Source: Octopus bimaculoides (Eukaryota). From it: DNA of 63,723 bases. Below the pieces are notes generated by a model. It saw only the letters and a list, made by a program, of their open reading frames with translations. It did no database searches and was not told where the DNA came from. Each line of letters starts with the position of its first letter. Position 1 is the stretch's first letter. Location of the stretch: positions 39,417,598 through 39,481,320 of the forward strand of contig NC_068981.1 of NCBI RefSeq assembly GCF_001194135.2. The letters run 5' to 3'. Below, in pieces: positions 24,898 through 37,813 of this stretch. The position numbers were made by a program, and so were the translations under genes.

Positions 24898-27621
24898 CTC
24901 TCTCTCCTCACTCTCTGTCTTTCTTTAATCTCACCATCAAAACATCACTCCTCTGCTAAAATTGTATTTCTTACTCTCCTCTATATCACTACCTTCAACT
25001 AACATTTGTAACCACATAATAAATATTACATTCCCCCTACCAAATATCATGGATGCTTCACTCTCCTTCTTTTTCTTTCTCTTTCTTTCTGTCTCACTTT
25101 ATGCCTTATCCTCTTTTTCTCTCTCCCTCTTTTCTTTCTCCCTCTTTTTCTCTGATCACATGAAAGCGTTACAAACAGGCTAAGTAACATAATGACAAGC
25201 AGAATTATTATAAGGTAATTTATAAGCCATGTCTATGTGGAGAATTAAAGAAGGTATTCAGTTGTTGGTGAAATTCTAATACAGGATTGAAACTAATTTG
25301 GTTGATCCCTCTTTTGCTATCCACAAAGATATTGTATACAGAATGTTTACATCCATAAATATACATGCAATATTAGTAAAATATTTATAGATATATTCTG
25401 TATTACAGCACAGCATTGAAACAAAACATTGTTAACAGACCAGTAATTTAATAAAATGAGTATCAGTAATTATCTATAACTAAACAATATCCTTTCCAGA
25501 TGTCAAATATTTGATAGCTTATGAATGGAATTTTCATTTAGGATGGTATAGTAGGACATTAGGGGTGACATTGATGTTCACCATATATCTCCAATGTATA
25601 AATTACGAAAGATAATCTCTACTAACATAATTGCTTTTAAGGCTATCAGGAAACAAACTAGTTAGAATCCTTATTGAAAGCAAAAAGAAACTTAGATAAA
25701 AAGATCAATATTACAGAAACTTGAAACAAAATGTTCTCTGAAGTAATTTCAGTAATGAAAAATTGAAAAATTTGGAATTTGCAATGTGAGGTCTTCAGCC
25801 TAAGACGAGAAAATATCTATTAACCTCTGTCCCTTTAGACAAAGCATATTGTTAACTGCATTCAACATGTTAATAAAATGCATGCCATATTTATTTCAGG
25901 ATTTAACAAATAACCATAATTCCTGAATTCTTTCAAACATCAGGATCGTCCAAGATCTTCACAATTATGATAATGCAGAGAAAGATATATGATAAAAATA
26001 TTAATAGATAAGTGTGTTAAAATCATAATAGATTATCGAAATTATACTTTCATTGAAATATACTGTCAATATTGAAATAAAAACTTATTTGTTCTTGATA
26101 AAATTGTTGAAGTAATCACAGCTATCAAATGTTGATAAAATTAACATTTTAGATAAATAAATGACCCTCAAATCTTCTTTCATAAGTTCTGTAACTCACT
26201 GGTGGTATTTTCCTGTCTCTCCTAAATTTCAATGCATATCATAGCTACAATGTCATTTTAAAGGTTAAACTTTCTTTTTAAGGCCAGAAACTACTTGAGT
26301 TCTGCAGTGTTGCTGATCCTTGCTAAAACTGGAATAATCCTTCATTAGAGTATTGCTACCATATCTGTGATGGATTAACACAAGTATAGTTGATCTTACT
26401 GAAAAATGTATTCATTCCACCAACTAGCAAATTTTCACTCAGCAAAATATTTCTAAGACTGCATTCCAAAGATTGGCATATCTCTGCAGGGCCAGAAATG
26501 ATTTCAGCTCACCCCAGTTACTGACACTTCAAAACTCAAGTGAGGCCCACGATGCAGTATGACTTCTACATCTGCATTATTTGTGTTGCTGCATACACAA
26601 ACCTTTTGGACTATTTCCAGAGAAGGAACACTTGACTAAGTAGCATAACATTACCCACAGACACACTCAAGCTGCTAGTCCTCAGATGCAGGATATCCAC
26701 TTCCTGTCTTTTCAATGTCTAATATAATGACCTCCTTTGCTTGGTGCTGGCTGGTTTGTACTTCCTCAGCCAGTTCTGACTGAATTGTCTCTTCTTGCCA
26801 CCCTTCTTGTATCTACAAGATCCCACACAAACCATTATGCTTGGGTTTTCTTCCTCAAAACATTGCTCATCTAGAATCTCCTCCCTACTCATGTCCTCAT
26901 TGCTGCTGTTGATTTACAACTGTTTAATGGGGCATTATTAGCATCAGTCTCACCAGTCTTGGAGAGCCTACAAAAGCCAAGGTCACTGCTTCTTCCTATT
27001 GTTTCAGTAAGTAAAATATGTCACTTTTACACTAGCACTTTCTATCTCAATCATTTCTACCTGTATGTTGCATCTCTCATCATACTTACTATGTCTTACT
27101 TAACACTCTGTGCTATATATTTCACCAAGTTCTTCTGTCTCAGAAATGGATTCTTCTAGAACACTTTATTTGCTTATATTTTCCCTTTAGATATCAAATT
27201 TCAGAAACTGAAACTGAATTGTTTGTGAGATCCTCAAAAGGTTATGATTATTTCTTCCTCAAACTAAATAAGCAAAAGAAATTAAACATGTCAGTTATTT
27301 CTCACCATATATAAGGGATGTACTGCCTTAGAAAGCAAAATAGATGGTACTGCTTTGGATTAAAACTGTAAGTATGAATTATAAAATGATAAAATAAATG
27401 ATTTCCAATTCCTTATGTTTATTTAATATGGAATTATACTTATAATTCTGTAAATGGCTACTGTTTTGATGTTGGACAGGCACAACATCTGCTGCCTTTA
27501 TATGCATATTATTACATAATGCTATTTTTCCCAGTCTGTGTGTTCATCTCCATAATACATAAAATACAATTGAAATGTAGGCAGAAATTAAACTGCATCT
27601 TATAAATATTAAAGAATAAAA

Positions 27622-27657
<36 letters not shown>

Positions 27658-28442
27658 NNNNNNNNNNNNNNNNNNNNNNNNNNNNNNNNNNNNNNNNNNN
27701 NNNNNNNNNNNNNNNNNNNNNNNATATATATAGCGGGGCATGTGTGTGTGTGTGTGAAAGCTACATTGAGTGTGTGTGGTGGTGGTGGGGGGGGGCATTG
27801 CATTGAGTTTGTTTATCTCTAATGATTGAGCTAATTTTAAGTGACACTTTATCTCATGCTAGTGTACAAAATAGGAATAATGAATATATATTGAGTTGGG
27901 TAAACTCTTCTCCAAAAACATCTGTAAGGTTTCTAACAGGCTGAATTGAACAAATAACTAAAATTACTAAATAAAAAAATATATTTTTACTTAAAAATAT
28001 AACTATTTTTTCAAGGAACTGAATTATTTGGTACACAATGGAAGTGATATAACTGAATTCAATGTTATTTTGCATTAATATTACTGTAACTGAACAGCTA
28101 CACAAACTCCTAATGAGATTTATGCTATTGTGTGCAAGCCTACGCATATTTTCTATAATCAGGATTCAGCCTGCTCATAGTTATATGAAGAGAGTGTGCA
28201 AGTTTGAGTTTGTTAGAAGAGGCCTGTTCATTGATTTGCAAATGTTCATATATGAGAATGTCTGTTAACACATAAAGATTCTAGCAAAGAATACATATGT
28301 ACATTTGATTGATGCAGAGAATTCTGTCAGTTTCATTTTCATAAAAATTCTTTCAGAAACTTTGGCTCTCGTAGAGTGTAACTCAGAAAATTGGTCTGAT
28401 CTCTCATAGATTTAAATTCTGTAAACCACCAAGAAAACTCAC

Positions 28443-28474
28443 CTTTAAATCAAACACAGGCTGGCCATGTTTCT
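28443..28474 (-). other. Candidate 32-nt exon (KHGQPVFDLK)
   Basis: Acceptor gtatttctgttcag, donor AAG|gtgagt; only one frame is open. Confidence 0.3.
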
Positions 28475-28966
28475 CTGAACAGAAATACAGCCATCAGTTA
28501 TCTGACTGTATTTTTGTTCATAAAATTATGCTCAGAGTTGTTTGGAAAGAACAACAAATTTTACTTGAAATGATTTAATTGCTGCAAACAATTCATATGC
28601 AAAACACCTTTCCCATGCAACTTAATATTCTGTTCACTTGGTTTATTGAATATTTGTAAGTTGTGCATAGCCATTCTGTTTTTTTTTTTTTTCCATGTTA
28701 CTGAAACATTCACAAATAATATTCTTCATTTTAAGAAAGAACATACAATATTCTCTCCGATCCCACACACTTCTCAAAATATTTTCTTAGTTTCGTCATT
28801 ATGTATTGCTATGGATACACTACATCTGAAAATTTACATTTCAGATTATTTTGCAAATTTCTGAACAGTCTGGGATTTAGCCCCCTAACTCTAATCAAGT
28901 TAAAAACATGTTTAGTCACAGGGTTAAAATCAGAACAATTTACACGTCATAATTATCTTTGTCACC

Positions 28967-29465
28967 ATCATCATCATTTAACCTTCATTTTCCACACTGG
29001 TATGGGTTGTTTGGTTTGACAGGATCTGACAAGCTGCAGAGCTGCATAAGGTCCCAATATCAGCTTGACATGGTTTTCACAGCTTGATGCCCTTTCTAAT
29101 TCTGTCCACCTTACAGTGTATAAAGAGTAAAGACCCCCTTCAATCATAAATGACCATGGGGTTGCACCTAGAAAGTTCCATTCTGAGGCACAAGTCCTGG
29201 TAAGTTTGTTTACAAAAGACCAGCAGTCGCCCATGCATACCAGCCTCCCCTCTTCACACCACTGATGTTATCCAAGGGAAAGGCAAAGGCCAATACAGCT
29301 TGGCACCAGTGATGTAGAAATTCATTTCTACAGCTGAGTGAACTGGAGAAATGGGAAATAAAGTGTCTTGCTCAAGAACACAGCACACAGCCTGGTTCAG
29401 GAATCAAACTCACTAGCTCATGATTGTGAGCCTGATGCTCAAACCACTGAGCCGTGCACCTTCAC
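28967..29465 (-). mobile_element. Composite SINE: tRNA head, CORE-like body, RTE-type 3' tail
   Basis: rc head gtgaaggtgcacggctcagtggtttgagcatcaggctcacaatcatgagctagtgagtttgattcctg; body gtgttcttgagcaagacacttt; (gat)n tail at about 28967. Confidence 0.75.
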
Positions 29466-29814
29466 AGTGTGTACTGCATATTTTTTACATGCTATCAGCA
29501 CTAGTGAAGTCACCAACTAACTTGCAAGGCTAATAAAGGAAAAGGAAAAACACCCCACTTCACTGAGTGGGAATGTATTTGTGAAAGGGGCAAATAGCTT
29601 TATACCAGATGTTTAAGGCTAGAGAAACATGCACAGGTGTCTTGTTATAGAGGGGATACATGCTACCTTTTATGCGAGGGTGGAAGAGAGTAACTGGAAA
29701 AGATTTAAATGTGGTAGTGAGAGTGGGATACCAGAGCATACATTCAAGGTACAAGAAACTCATAAGATTTTTCTAATGAATAATGCAATGGAATGATTAC
29801 AGAGTGTAACATAA

Positions 29815-30380
29815 CTTCTCGTCTTTCACTTTATCCTTAAGCAGCTTTATGAGACAAGCATATTTTCCTGTTAGAGAAGATGTGCCATATGTTGTAATGA
29901 ATGTCAGCCTCTTCCAAGATAAACTACATCTATCCAAGCTGTGTGTAACAGCCATACAAACCTTAGCTTGTTATGGTTTTCTTTAACAGTTCCACTGACA
30001 GCAACCTTTAAGTAATTGCAAAATTATCATCAATTCCTCTAATAAATACAAGCAATTATGCCATGTCTTGTATGTCAGTATTCTCAGGTATTGCCTGTGA
30101 GTACCACACAAATAAACCTGCCAGCTTCAAGTCACTTTTCTGACAGATTCTGTGAAATGACATTAATACAATGAGCTATTGTTCTCCTTGATGGAGATAT
30201 AGTATCAATTTCTGCTTTTAATCCTGGATAGACAAAATCAACTGCATTAAGCATACATTCCTTTAAAAATTCTGCTTCAGAAAATAGTTTGCTATGTTTG
30301 GCAATTTTCTAAGCAAGCACAAAGCAGGCTCTTGTAGTGGCTTCTTGTATGGTTGTCTCTCTTTCAAAAATTGTTTTAAA
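29815..30380 (-). mobile_element. hAT transposase remnant (GTF2IRD2/SPIN-like clade)
   Basis: EATTRACFVLA*KIAKHSKLFSEAEFLKECMLNAVDFVYPGLKAEIDTISPSRRTIAHCI...ENTDIQDMA*LLVFIRGIDDNFAIT*RLLSVE...LSWKRLTFITTYGTSSLTGK follows the GTF2IRD2-like hAT consensus (IAKxxKPFxxGEFIKEC, SLSRRT, DESTD..AQLLIFIRG, TTDGA). Multiple stops. Confidence 0.9.
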
Positions 30381-30773
30381 TTCCTCAACATGTAAAAACA
30401 GAAAAAGTCCCGCTGACTGAGTGGGATTAAAGTAGAGAGGCAATAGGTTTAATGATATGTGTTGAGAGGCTAAAGTATGATATAAGGATTGACACAGGTA
30501 CCTTTTGATAGAGGAAATACATGGGTACCCAACATTATATAAAGGCAGGTGGGAGTAGCTTGAAAGAAGACAAAGATATTGGTGAAAAGGTATCAGAATG
30601 TACTTTCAAAATACAGGAAGGTGAGTATAAGAGAACAGGGACAGGGGATCAGGAACAGTTGGTGGAAAACAGTAGAACAGTGTATGCATAAAAACTTTTC
30701 CTTTTTACATTTTTCCTGAGTGTAACCCTAATACACTGTCTTTTATAACTTGTCTTCTTGCATTTTCATGTAT

Positions 30774-30826
<53 letters not shown>

Positions 30827-30949
30827 GTAATAGTAAATATCTTTTGTTGTGGAAATATTTTTGCATATTGTCTCAAAATGATAATTTACTTCATTAACGT
30901 CTAGTGCTTATCATGACTACTTATAAATTTGGTCTACTATACTGGTACT

Positions 30950-31255
30950 CTGTCAGTTATGATGACAAGGATTCCAACTGACCTTATCAATGGAACAGCC
31001 TGCTCATGAAATTAACATACAAGCAGCTGAGCACTCCACAGATACACATACCCTTAATGTAGTTCTCAGGGAGATTCAGCATGACACAGAATATGACAAG
31101 TTTAGCGCTTTCAAATGCAAGTACAACTCACTTTTACTGGCTGAGTGGAGCAGCATAAAATAAAGTGTCTTGCTCATGGACACAACGTGCCACAGGGAAC
31201 CAAACTCATGACCTTATGATTGTGTGCAGAATACTCTAACCACTAAGCCATGTAA
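30950..31255 (-). mobile_element. tRNA-derived SINE, decayed
   Basis: Shares the 3' part with 33583-33740 and the aaagtgtcttgctca body with 29340-29390. Confidence 0.7.
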
Positions 31256-31607
31256 CATTAGTCATTGTTCATGTAGATATTGCATACACTTTGAAAGAAA
31301 AAATAATTTCTAAGTAAGAAGTCTCTGGCAACTAAAATAACTTACCCAGCATGCAACCATAAACACTGTCTAAGCATTTAAACTTGGAACTCAAAATGTG
31401 AGGAGATTGACACCTTAACCATAAAGCTACATCATCACTAGTTTTTGGCATGCCACATAGGCTTTCTGAAATTTTCAGTTAGTGTCAAATTGACAATCAA
31501 CCTTATCCCTGTACACTAGTTTACGTAATAACTTGCTATATTCATTATTCTAGCTTAATCTATTTTAACTGTTGGAAAGTTTATTCAGTGTCAATTTTTA
31601 TTCTCAA

Positions 31608-31950
31608 ATGGCAATTGTGCTATCTGAATTTCTCGTCTTATTACCTTATTGCTGTTTGAATCATCTTAAACACGTGAAGGATGATGATTTCCAGTAGGCA
31701 TATTAGGTGAAGATTATTCATGATTCTGCTTTACACAACTTCTAAACATTAGCCTGAGGTTAACTGACTGTAATATTTAAGCTCTGAAGGATAAGAGCCA
31801 CGTTTCAGTCTTTTCCCTTAAGGCTTACTTCTAATTTAATGTATAAGATTACGAGTGGAGCCTTCAGCATAACTTGACTTAAATTACATTGATTATAGAC
31901 GAGTTTTCTGGCAAACCAACAAGTCAATCCTCTTTCAAATTTTCATTGTT
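31608..31950 (+). pseudogene. Probable decayed leucine-rich-repeat (LRR) gene remnant
   Basis: One frame reads MAIVLSEFLVLLPYCCLNHLKHVKDDDFQ*AY*VKIIHDSALHNF*TLA*G*LTVIFKL*RIRATFQSFPLRLTSNLMYKITSGAFSIT*LKLH*, i.e. a hydrophobic N-terminus plus up to four NxL/IxxIxxxxF-like units. Many stops. Confidence 0.4.
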
Positions 31951-32463
31951 AACTGTTCTTGTAAGCTGTAATTGGTTAAATTACTGGTTCATACTGAATG
32001 TAAAGAGAATACAAACAACAACTTAGACTGTTATAACAGTTATTTAAGCTGTCAGTTAAACTTTGAAGTATTTACATTGATTTATTATTTATTCAACTTA
32101 CTTTAGAAAGTAAGTTGTTTATAAAATTATCAAATTATTCTTTATTGTTCAAATGAATATAATTAATTCCAAGTTGGTGTTTGTTATTTATTTATATATT
32201 CTTTTTACTTCTTTTTCACTAAATATATGAGATTGATTGGTTTGATACGATTTAGACTATGTAAGTTGTGATGAATAATTTACATTGTTTGGAAAAATAA
32301 AAAAAAATTAAAAAACTAATTATAAATAGTTTTCTGAGATTCTGTTAGATATGAGGTAGATATGGAAATTGGCATATGAGAACATTAAACATTTTTAGAA
32401 ATGAGTCATTGGCTTTATATCAGAACATGAATAATTAATTTAGTATCAGAGAATAATACACTG

Positions 32464-32573
<110 letters not shown>

Positions 32574-33011
32574 ATACATACATACATACATACATACATA
32601 CATACACACGTGTGTGCGTGTGTGTGTATTGGGATGTAGAACATTGAAATTGTATTAAAAAGATATACCTGAAGAATAATACATAATCTGTCTTTTCTGA
32701 GAGCATGAATTTTGGCTTTATTGAGTACATAATTTACCCATTGTCTTTCCTTTTATTTCATTTTATTGAAAGGGAGATGATAGGAATGAGTTTCTGCTGA
32801 TACTAAAAATTTCAGCTGGCCTCAGGATCAATTTCTGAATCTCTTGAAATGACTACAGCAGAAAGAAGAGTCTCTCCTTGATTACCACAGCCAACAAACA
32901 AATAAACAGACGCTATTACATACAGGAAGTCTCTATGTGGTCACTTAAACTGTTACAAGTAGTAGCAGTTGAACATCTCTTAATTTGCAGGGGATGAGGC
33001 TGGTTGGCACT

Positions 33012-33306
33012 GCCAATTTCACATCGCTTGACACTGCCTATTTCACATTGCTGATTCAACAGACTTATTTGACATCAGATATGTTAATGTTTCTCTCTTT
33101 CTCCTCCACCCTACCCACTCTCTCACCCTCTCTCTCTCCCCTCTCTCCCCCTCTCTCTCCCCCTCTCTNNNNNNNNNNGCCAATTTCACATCGCTTGACA
33201 CTGCCTATTTCACATTGCTGATTCAACAGACTTATTTGACATCAGATATGTTAATGTTTCTCTCTTTCTCCTCCACCCTACCCACTCTCTCACCCTCTCT
33301 CTCTCT
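33012..33306. repeat. Identical ~127-bp direct duplication flanking a 10-N gap (likely assembly overlap artefact)
   Basis: gccaatttcacatcgcttgacac...ctctcaccctctctctct occurs at about 33012-33138 and again at 33179-33306, on either side of N 33169-33178. Confidence 0.85.
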
Positions 33307-33558
33307 GCTTAAGTGTATGAGCATATTTCTCTTCATGAGTATGAAGAGAGGGGAAAATGTTTTTGTCTGTCATGTTGAATTGATAAATGTGTCTCCCTCA
33401 CTCTCTGTATCTATGTTTATATTTCTGCGCATGTGGGTGTTTACCACTACAGCCCAAAAGTACTGTCTGCAAAGCAGGTTCTATGTCCAGTCAGCAATGC
33501 CAAACCACTAGCATCCAAACAGCCACACCCAATCATCTCATTGTGTAAATTACACTCT

Positions 33559-33999
33559 GTTGTTGTTGTTGTTGTTGTTGGTACTCCGTCGCTTACGACG
33601 TCGAGGGTTCCAGTTGATCCGATCAACGAAACAGCCTGCTCATTAAATTAACGTGCAAGTGGCTGAGCACTCCACAGACATGTGTACTCTTAATGTAGTT
33701 CTCGGGGATATTCAGCATGATACAGTGTGACAAGGCTGACCATTTGAATTACAGGTTACAACAGAAACAGGAAGTAAGAGTGAGAGAAAGTTGTGGTGAA
33801 AGAGTACAGCAGGGTTCACCACCATCCCCTGCCGGAGCTTTTAGGTGTTTTCACTTGTGGAGCTTTTAGGTGTTTTCCCTCGTGGAGCTTTTAGGTGTTT
33901 TCACTCAATAAACTCTCACAACGCCCGGTCTGGGAATCGAAACCGCGGTCCTATGACTGCAAGTCCGCTGCCCTAACCACTGGGCCATTGCACCTCCAC
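33559..33999 (-). mobile_element. Full-length young tRNA-derived SINE with (CAA)n tail and 12-bp TSD
   Basis: rc head tggaggtgcaatggcccagtggttagggcagcggacttgcagtcataggaccgcggtttcgattcccagaccggg with A and B boxes; (gtt)n tail at 33559-33580; TSD aaattacactct at 33547-33558 and 34000-34011. Confidence 0.92.
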
Positions 34000-34673
34000 A
34001 AATTACACTCTACAATTAAGAAAAAAAAGCAATATTGAATGTCTGAGAAAAAAATGGACAGTCATAGATAGAATGCCTTTAATTATAAATTTGTTTAATC
34101 AGAGCTGACCTAAGGTTATTCAATAACAACAAACAACAATGCAGTACTCTTGATGCTAGCAGTTAAAATGCATTATTTATCATTACCTCACGATATTAAT
34201 TAGTTATAGCTTGGTAGACTGAGCCAACATACACAGTGGAAACACAGAACATTGGATTGAAAGAAGTTCAAATGATGGGAATCAAACCATCAACCGTTTA
34301 ACAAGTTGGGTTACTGTATATATACTCAAACAGGAGTAATTCTAGACTTCCTTTGACTGGTTAGAACCTAAATTGGTTTGTGTGGACTTGAGATGACAAA
34401 ATATGATTAATGCAAGCTATTGAATGGCTATATTCAGTTTTCTTTTATATATAGTCTGTAATGTATAGTCATTTAAATAACTTCACTAGAGTTTAGTCAT
34501 ATAGTTTTATCATTTCTATATTTTTAAACCTATTATCTAATAGAATTTCTCCTTTTTTCTCATGAATATCTCCATATCTCCTACTTAATTGAACTTCAAA
34601 AGATGATATGAAAAAGATGAATTTATTTCTTCTGAGTGTTGTATGAAGTTCCAACAACAACAGCAGCAACAAC

Positions 34674-34736
<63 letters not shown>

Positions 34737-36306
34737 GAAAAAACTAAAGACAAAAGTTAAATGGACTCTTCAACTGATGATTAAAACAGAAGCTACTAAT
34801 CGAATTTTAATCAAACTGGAATTTTGATTCTGAACAATTAAAACATTTAAAAAAATCTTTCTATGAAAATTATCAGAATTCCTATTATGAAAGAAAATGT
34901 GGAATTATGAAGTTAAAAGCAATCATTGAAATAGTATTAAACATTTTTACATTATTGCTATCAAAATATATATTGCCTGGATGTCATTGTCTGATTCTGC
35001 TATCATTTTTGTAGAAGTGATATCTTTTGATAGGACAAAAGCAAAATCAGAGTAGCCTACAGCATTAAATCTTTAGCTCCTCACATTAATTTGAAACTTA
35101 GTGGGCAGATATGCTTCAGCAATGTTCTGTTCCTAATCTTATCATTAATTCAGAAAACCATTCTGTAATTGTGGATAACTCAATCAACAGATGAAGTAAT
35201 TGTTGATATCTAAACATGATCTTCAGGAAATGTCAGATTAATCTAGCTTTTTGAATAATTTATAATGGCATGAATATGATTATAAAATGCCGAAAGCTAC
35301 ATGAACAATGAGTAAATACTAAAGGAAATGAGGAGAGGAAAAAACTTATGAATAGTAATGATGATAATACCAATAATTAAAGGAGCAAAATCACGAATAT
35401 GAACTTATTTAGTATGTAGAACATGAGTGGGTATTATTGCAAAAGCTGCATAAATAATATAACTAAAACTTTCTCAAGAACTTGAGAGTTATTTCTTAAA
35501 TGTTAATAATAACTCACTTTACATAATAATCAGTGTATTGTTATACATTTTGTTGTTGAGATGGTGAATTAACAGAATTGTTAAAGCATCAAGCCTAGCA
35601 GCATTTGCAATAGTTCTTTAAATTCTGAGCTCAAATCCTACTGAACTCAAGTTTGTCTTTCATTTTTCTAGAGTTGCTAAAATGCAAAACTAGTTAGGTA
35701 TTTAGTGTCAATTTTATCAACTGTCATTCTATGCCAACAAGCCTTATGGAGTAACGTGTCATATTAAGCCCAAATTCCTGCCCAGCCATCTTGTTACAAT
35801 AACAAGTAAAGTAAAGCATTAGTAGAAATACATTGCCATCACATTAATCTCATCTATCTTAAAAACTCTTATATTATTGCCAACATAACAGACACACACA
35901 TACACTGATATACATACACATTGTATATTTCACTCAAATATACTATATACTCTTTCTCTTTCCCCACCCACTTTCTAAAAGTAATCTCAATTAAGAGGAT
36001 AACTCAAAAGGAAAAAGAAGGTACAGCTTTTTGTTGTTGTTGTTCTTCTTTAGTACACATTCTATTGCTGATTCATATTATTTTATGAATGTAGTTCTCT
36101 GATTGCCTTTGATCAACACACTAGTATACCCAGCATCTGACAACACCAGCACCCTACTTGACAGCATTTGGCTATGTGCTAATTTTCTCATAAACCATTT
36201 CTTTCTAGTTAGTTTTTAATGTCATGTGCATTATATGTTAACAGAATCTTATCTATGGCTTCAGGTATAGAAGGTACTTTGAAACTAATTAATTTATAAA
36301 TTATTT

Positions 36307-36518
36307 GCCAGTACCGCCTGACTGGCTTTTGTGCCGGTGGCACATAAAAGCACCCACTACACTCTCGGAGTGGTTGGCATTAGGAAGGGCATCCAGCTGT
36401 AGAAACTCTACTAAATCAGATTGGAGCCTGGTGTAGCCATCTGGTTCACCAGTCCTCAGTCAAATCATCCAACCCATGCTAGCATGGAAAGCGGACAGTA
36501 AACGATGATGATGATGAC
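36307..36518 (+). mobile_element. RTE 3' UTR / tail copy
   Basis: cacccactacactctcggagtggttggcattaggaagggcatccagctgtagaaactc...catccaacccatgctagcatggaaagcggac..(gat)n. Confidence 0.85.
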
Positions 36519-37196
36519 CTCAACAAATATACAATTTATTTAATGACTGACAATTACAGTGAAAATTAAGGAGGTAAGAATAAAACCAAAACTTGTCTTG
36601 AGTTGTCTTCTCTACCTTTTGTAAACAAAAGTGGTATCAATCATTTACTAATACATTTTTCTTATTATCCTCTAGTATATTCATTTGTAGTTTGCTTTTA
36701 ATGCTCTTTATCAAATACATGTAATAGTTTTTCACACTATGTGTTCAGGAAAATTTAAAGACTTCAGTCTATCTGGAGATAGGGAAGATAAACTCAGTTG
36801 ATGTAGGGTACACTTAATTATGACACAAAAGGATTTTGACAAGCATATTTGATTGTAAAATGTTTTATTTTTTTAATGTACAAATAAAGATCCATGAGAT
36901 ATTTATTCTGCACTGATTCTTAGACACACCTCTGTCAGTTGCACCATCAAAAATGCACAGAACTAGTGATTATCTCATTGAAAATCTGTAACCTCAGAAT
37001 CTCATGTTCACCAATTGGATGCAAAATATATAAATATAATTTCAATCTAACTAGGATCAGACACAAAAATAACATTGCTGAAATGATTCTGAAACTTTCA
37101 TTCTACAATTGGATATCATAAGCATTGCTCAGCTATACTACTACTTCGAAAATATAATGTAAATTCATCGTATAGTCGTTCAGTACCACAGCTTAC

Positions 37197-37329
37197 CCAT
37201 TTTGCTGATTGAAATTTATTGTTGTAGTTGTTGTTGTTATTATTATTATTATTATTATTCCTTGTATTTGTTGTTGTAGATGTTTTGATGTTGTTGTTGT
37301 TGCAAGGAAGAAAGTGTTCATAGGGGTTG
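37197..37329 (-). other. Candidate exon D (NPYEHFLPC...poly-Asn...KFQSAKW)
   Basis: Acceptor tcattttctttgcag, donor |gtaagc, phase 2>0, 133 nt. Confidence 0.3.
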
Positions 37330-37510
37330 CTGCAAAGAAAATGATTTAATCAATGTTCAATTAATGTTAGAAACTTCTAGTGTAAATTACTTTTAATTCC
37401 AATGTATTTAATATTGTGCAAGTAATTCAATTAGCATATTTCACAACAACCTCTACTTTTCTCCTTTCCCATGTCTTCCTCTCTCTCTCTCTCTCTCTCT
37501 CTCTCAATGT

Positions 37511-37577
<67 letters not shown>

Positions 37578-37759
37578 TGTATGTGAATGTGCACATATAA
37601 TGAATGTGTGTGTGTGTATTGTGTGCATGTGTGTATACATATGTATATGTGTGGTGTATGTGTATATATATGTATAACTGTCTGTATGTATATATGCTTG
37701 CATACATATATCTTTCTGTGAGACACACAGAATGACATGCATATATATATATATATGTA

Positions 37760-37813
<54 letters not shown>

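Noticed and set aside
28755-28833. 79-nt minus-strand segment with good AG/GT signals
   Set aside because: Stop codons in all three frames.
31345-31370. 24-nt minus-strand micro-exon with GTAAGT donor
   Set aside because: It lies within a decayed tRNA-SINE head/body, so the signals are probably coincidental.
33915-33999. tRNA-like cloverleaf heads (also 29385-29465, 12413, 23700 and 58408)
   Set aside because: These are SINE heads: each continues into a repeated body and tail, with TSDs where intact, and lacks a full acceptor stem.
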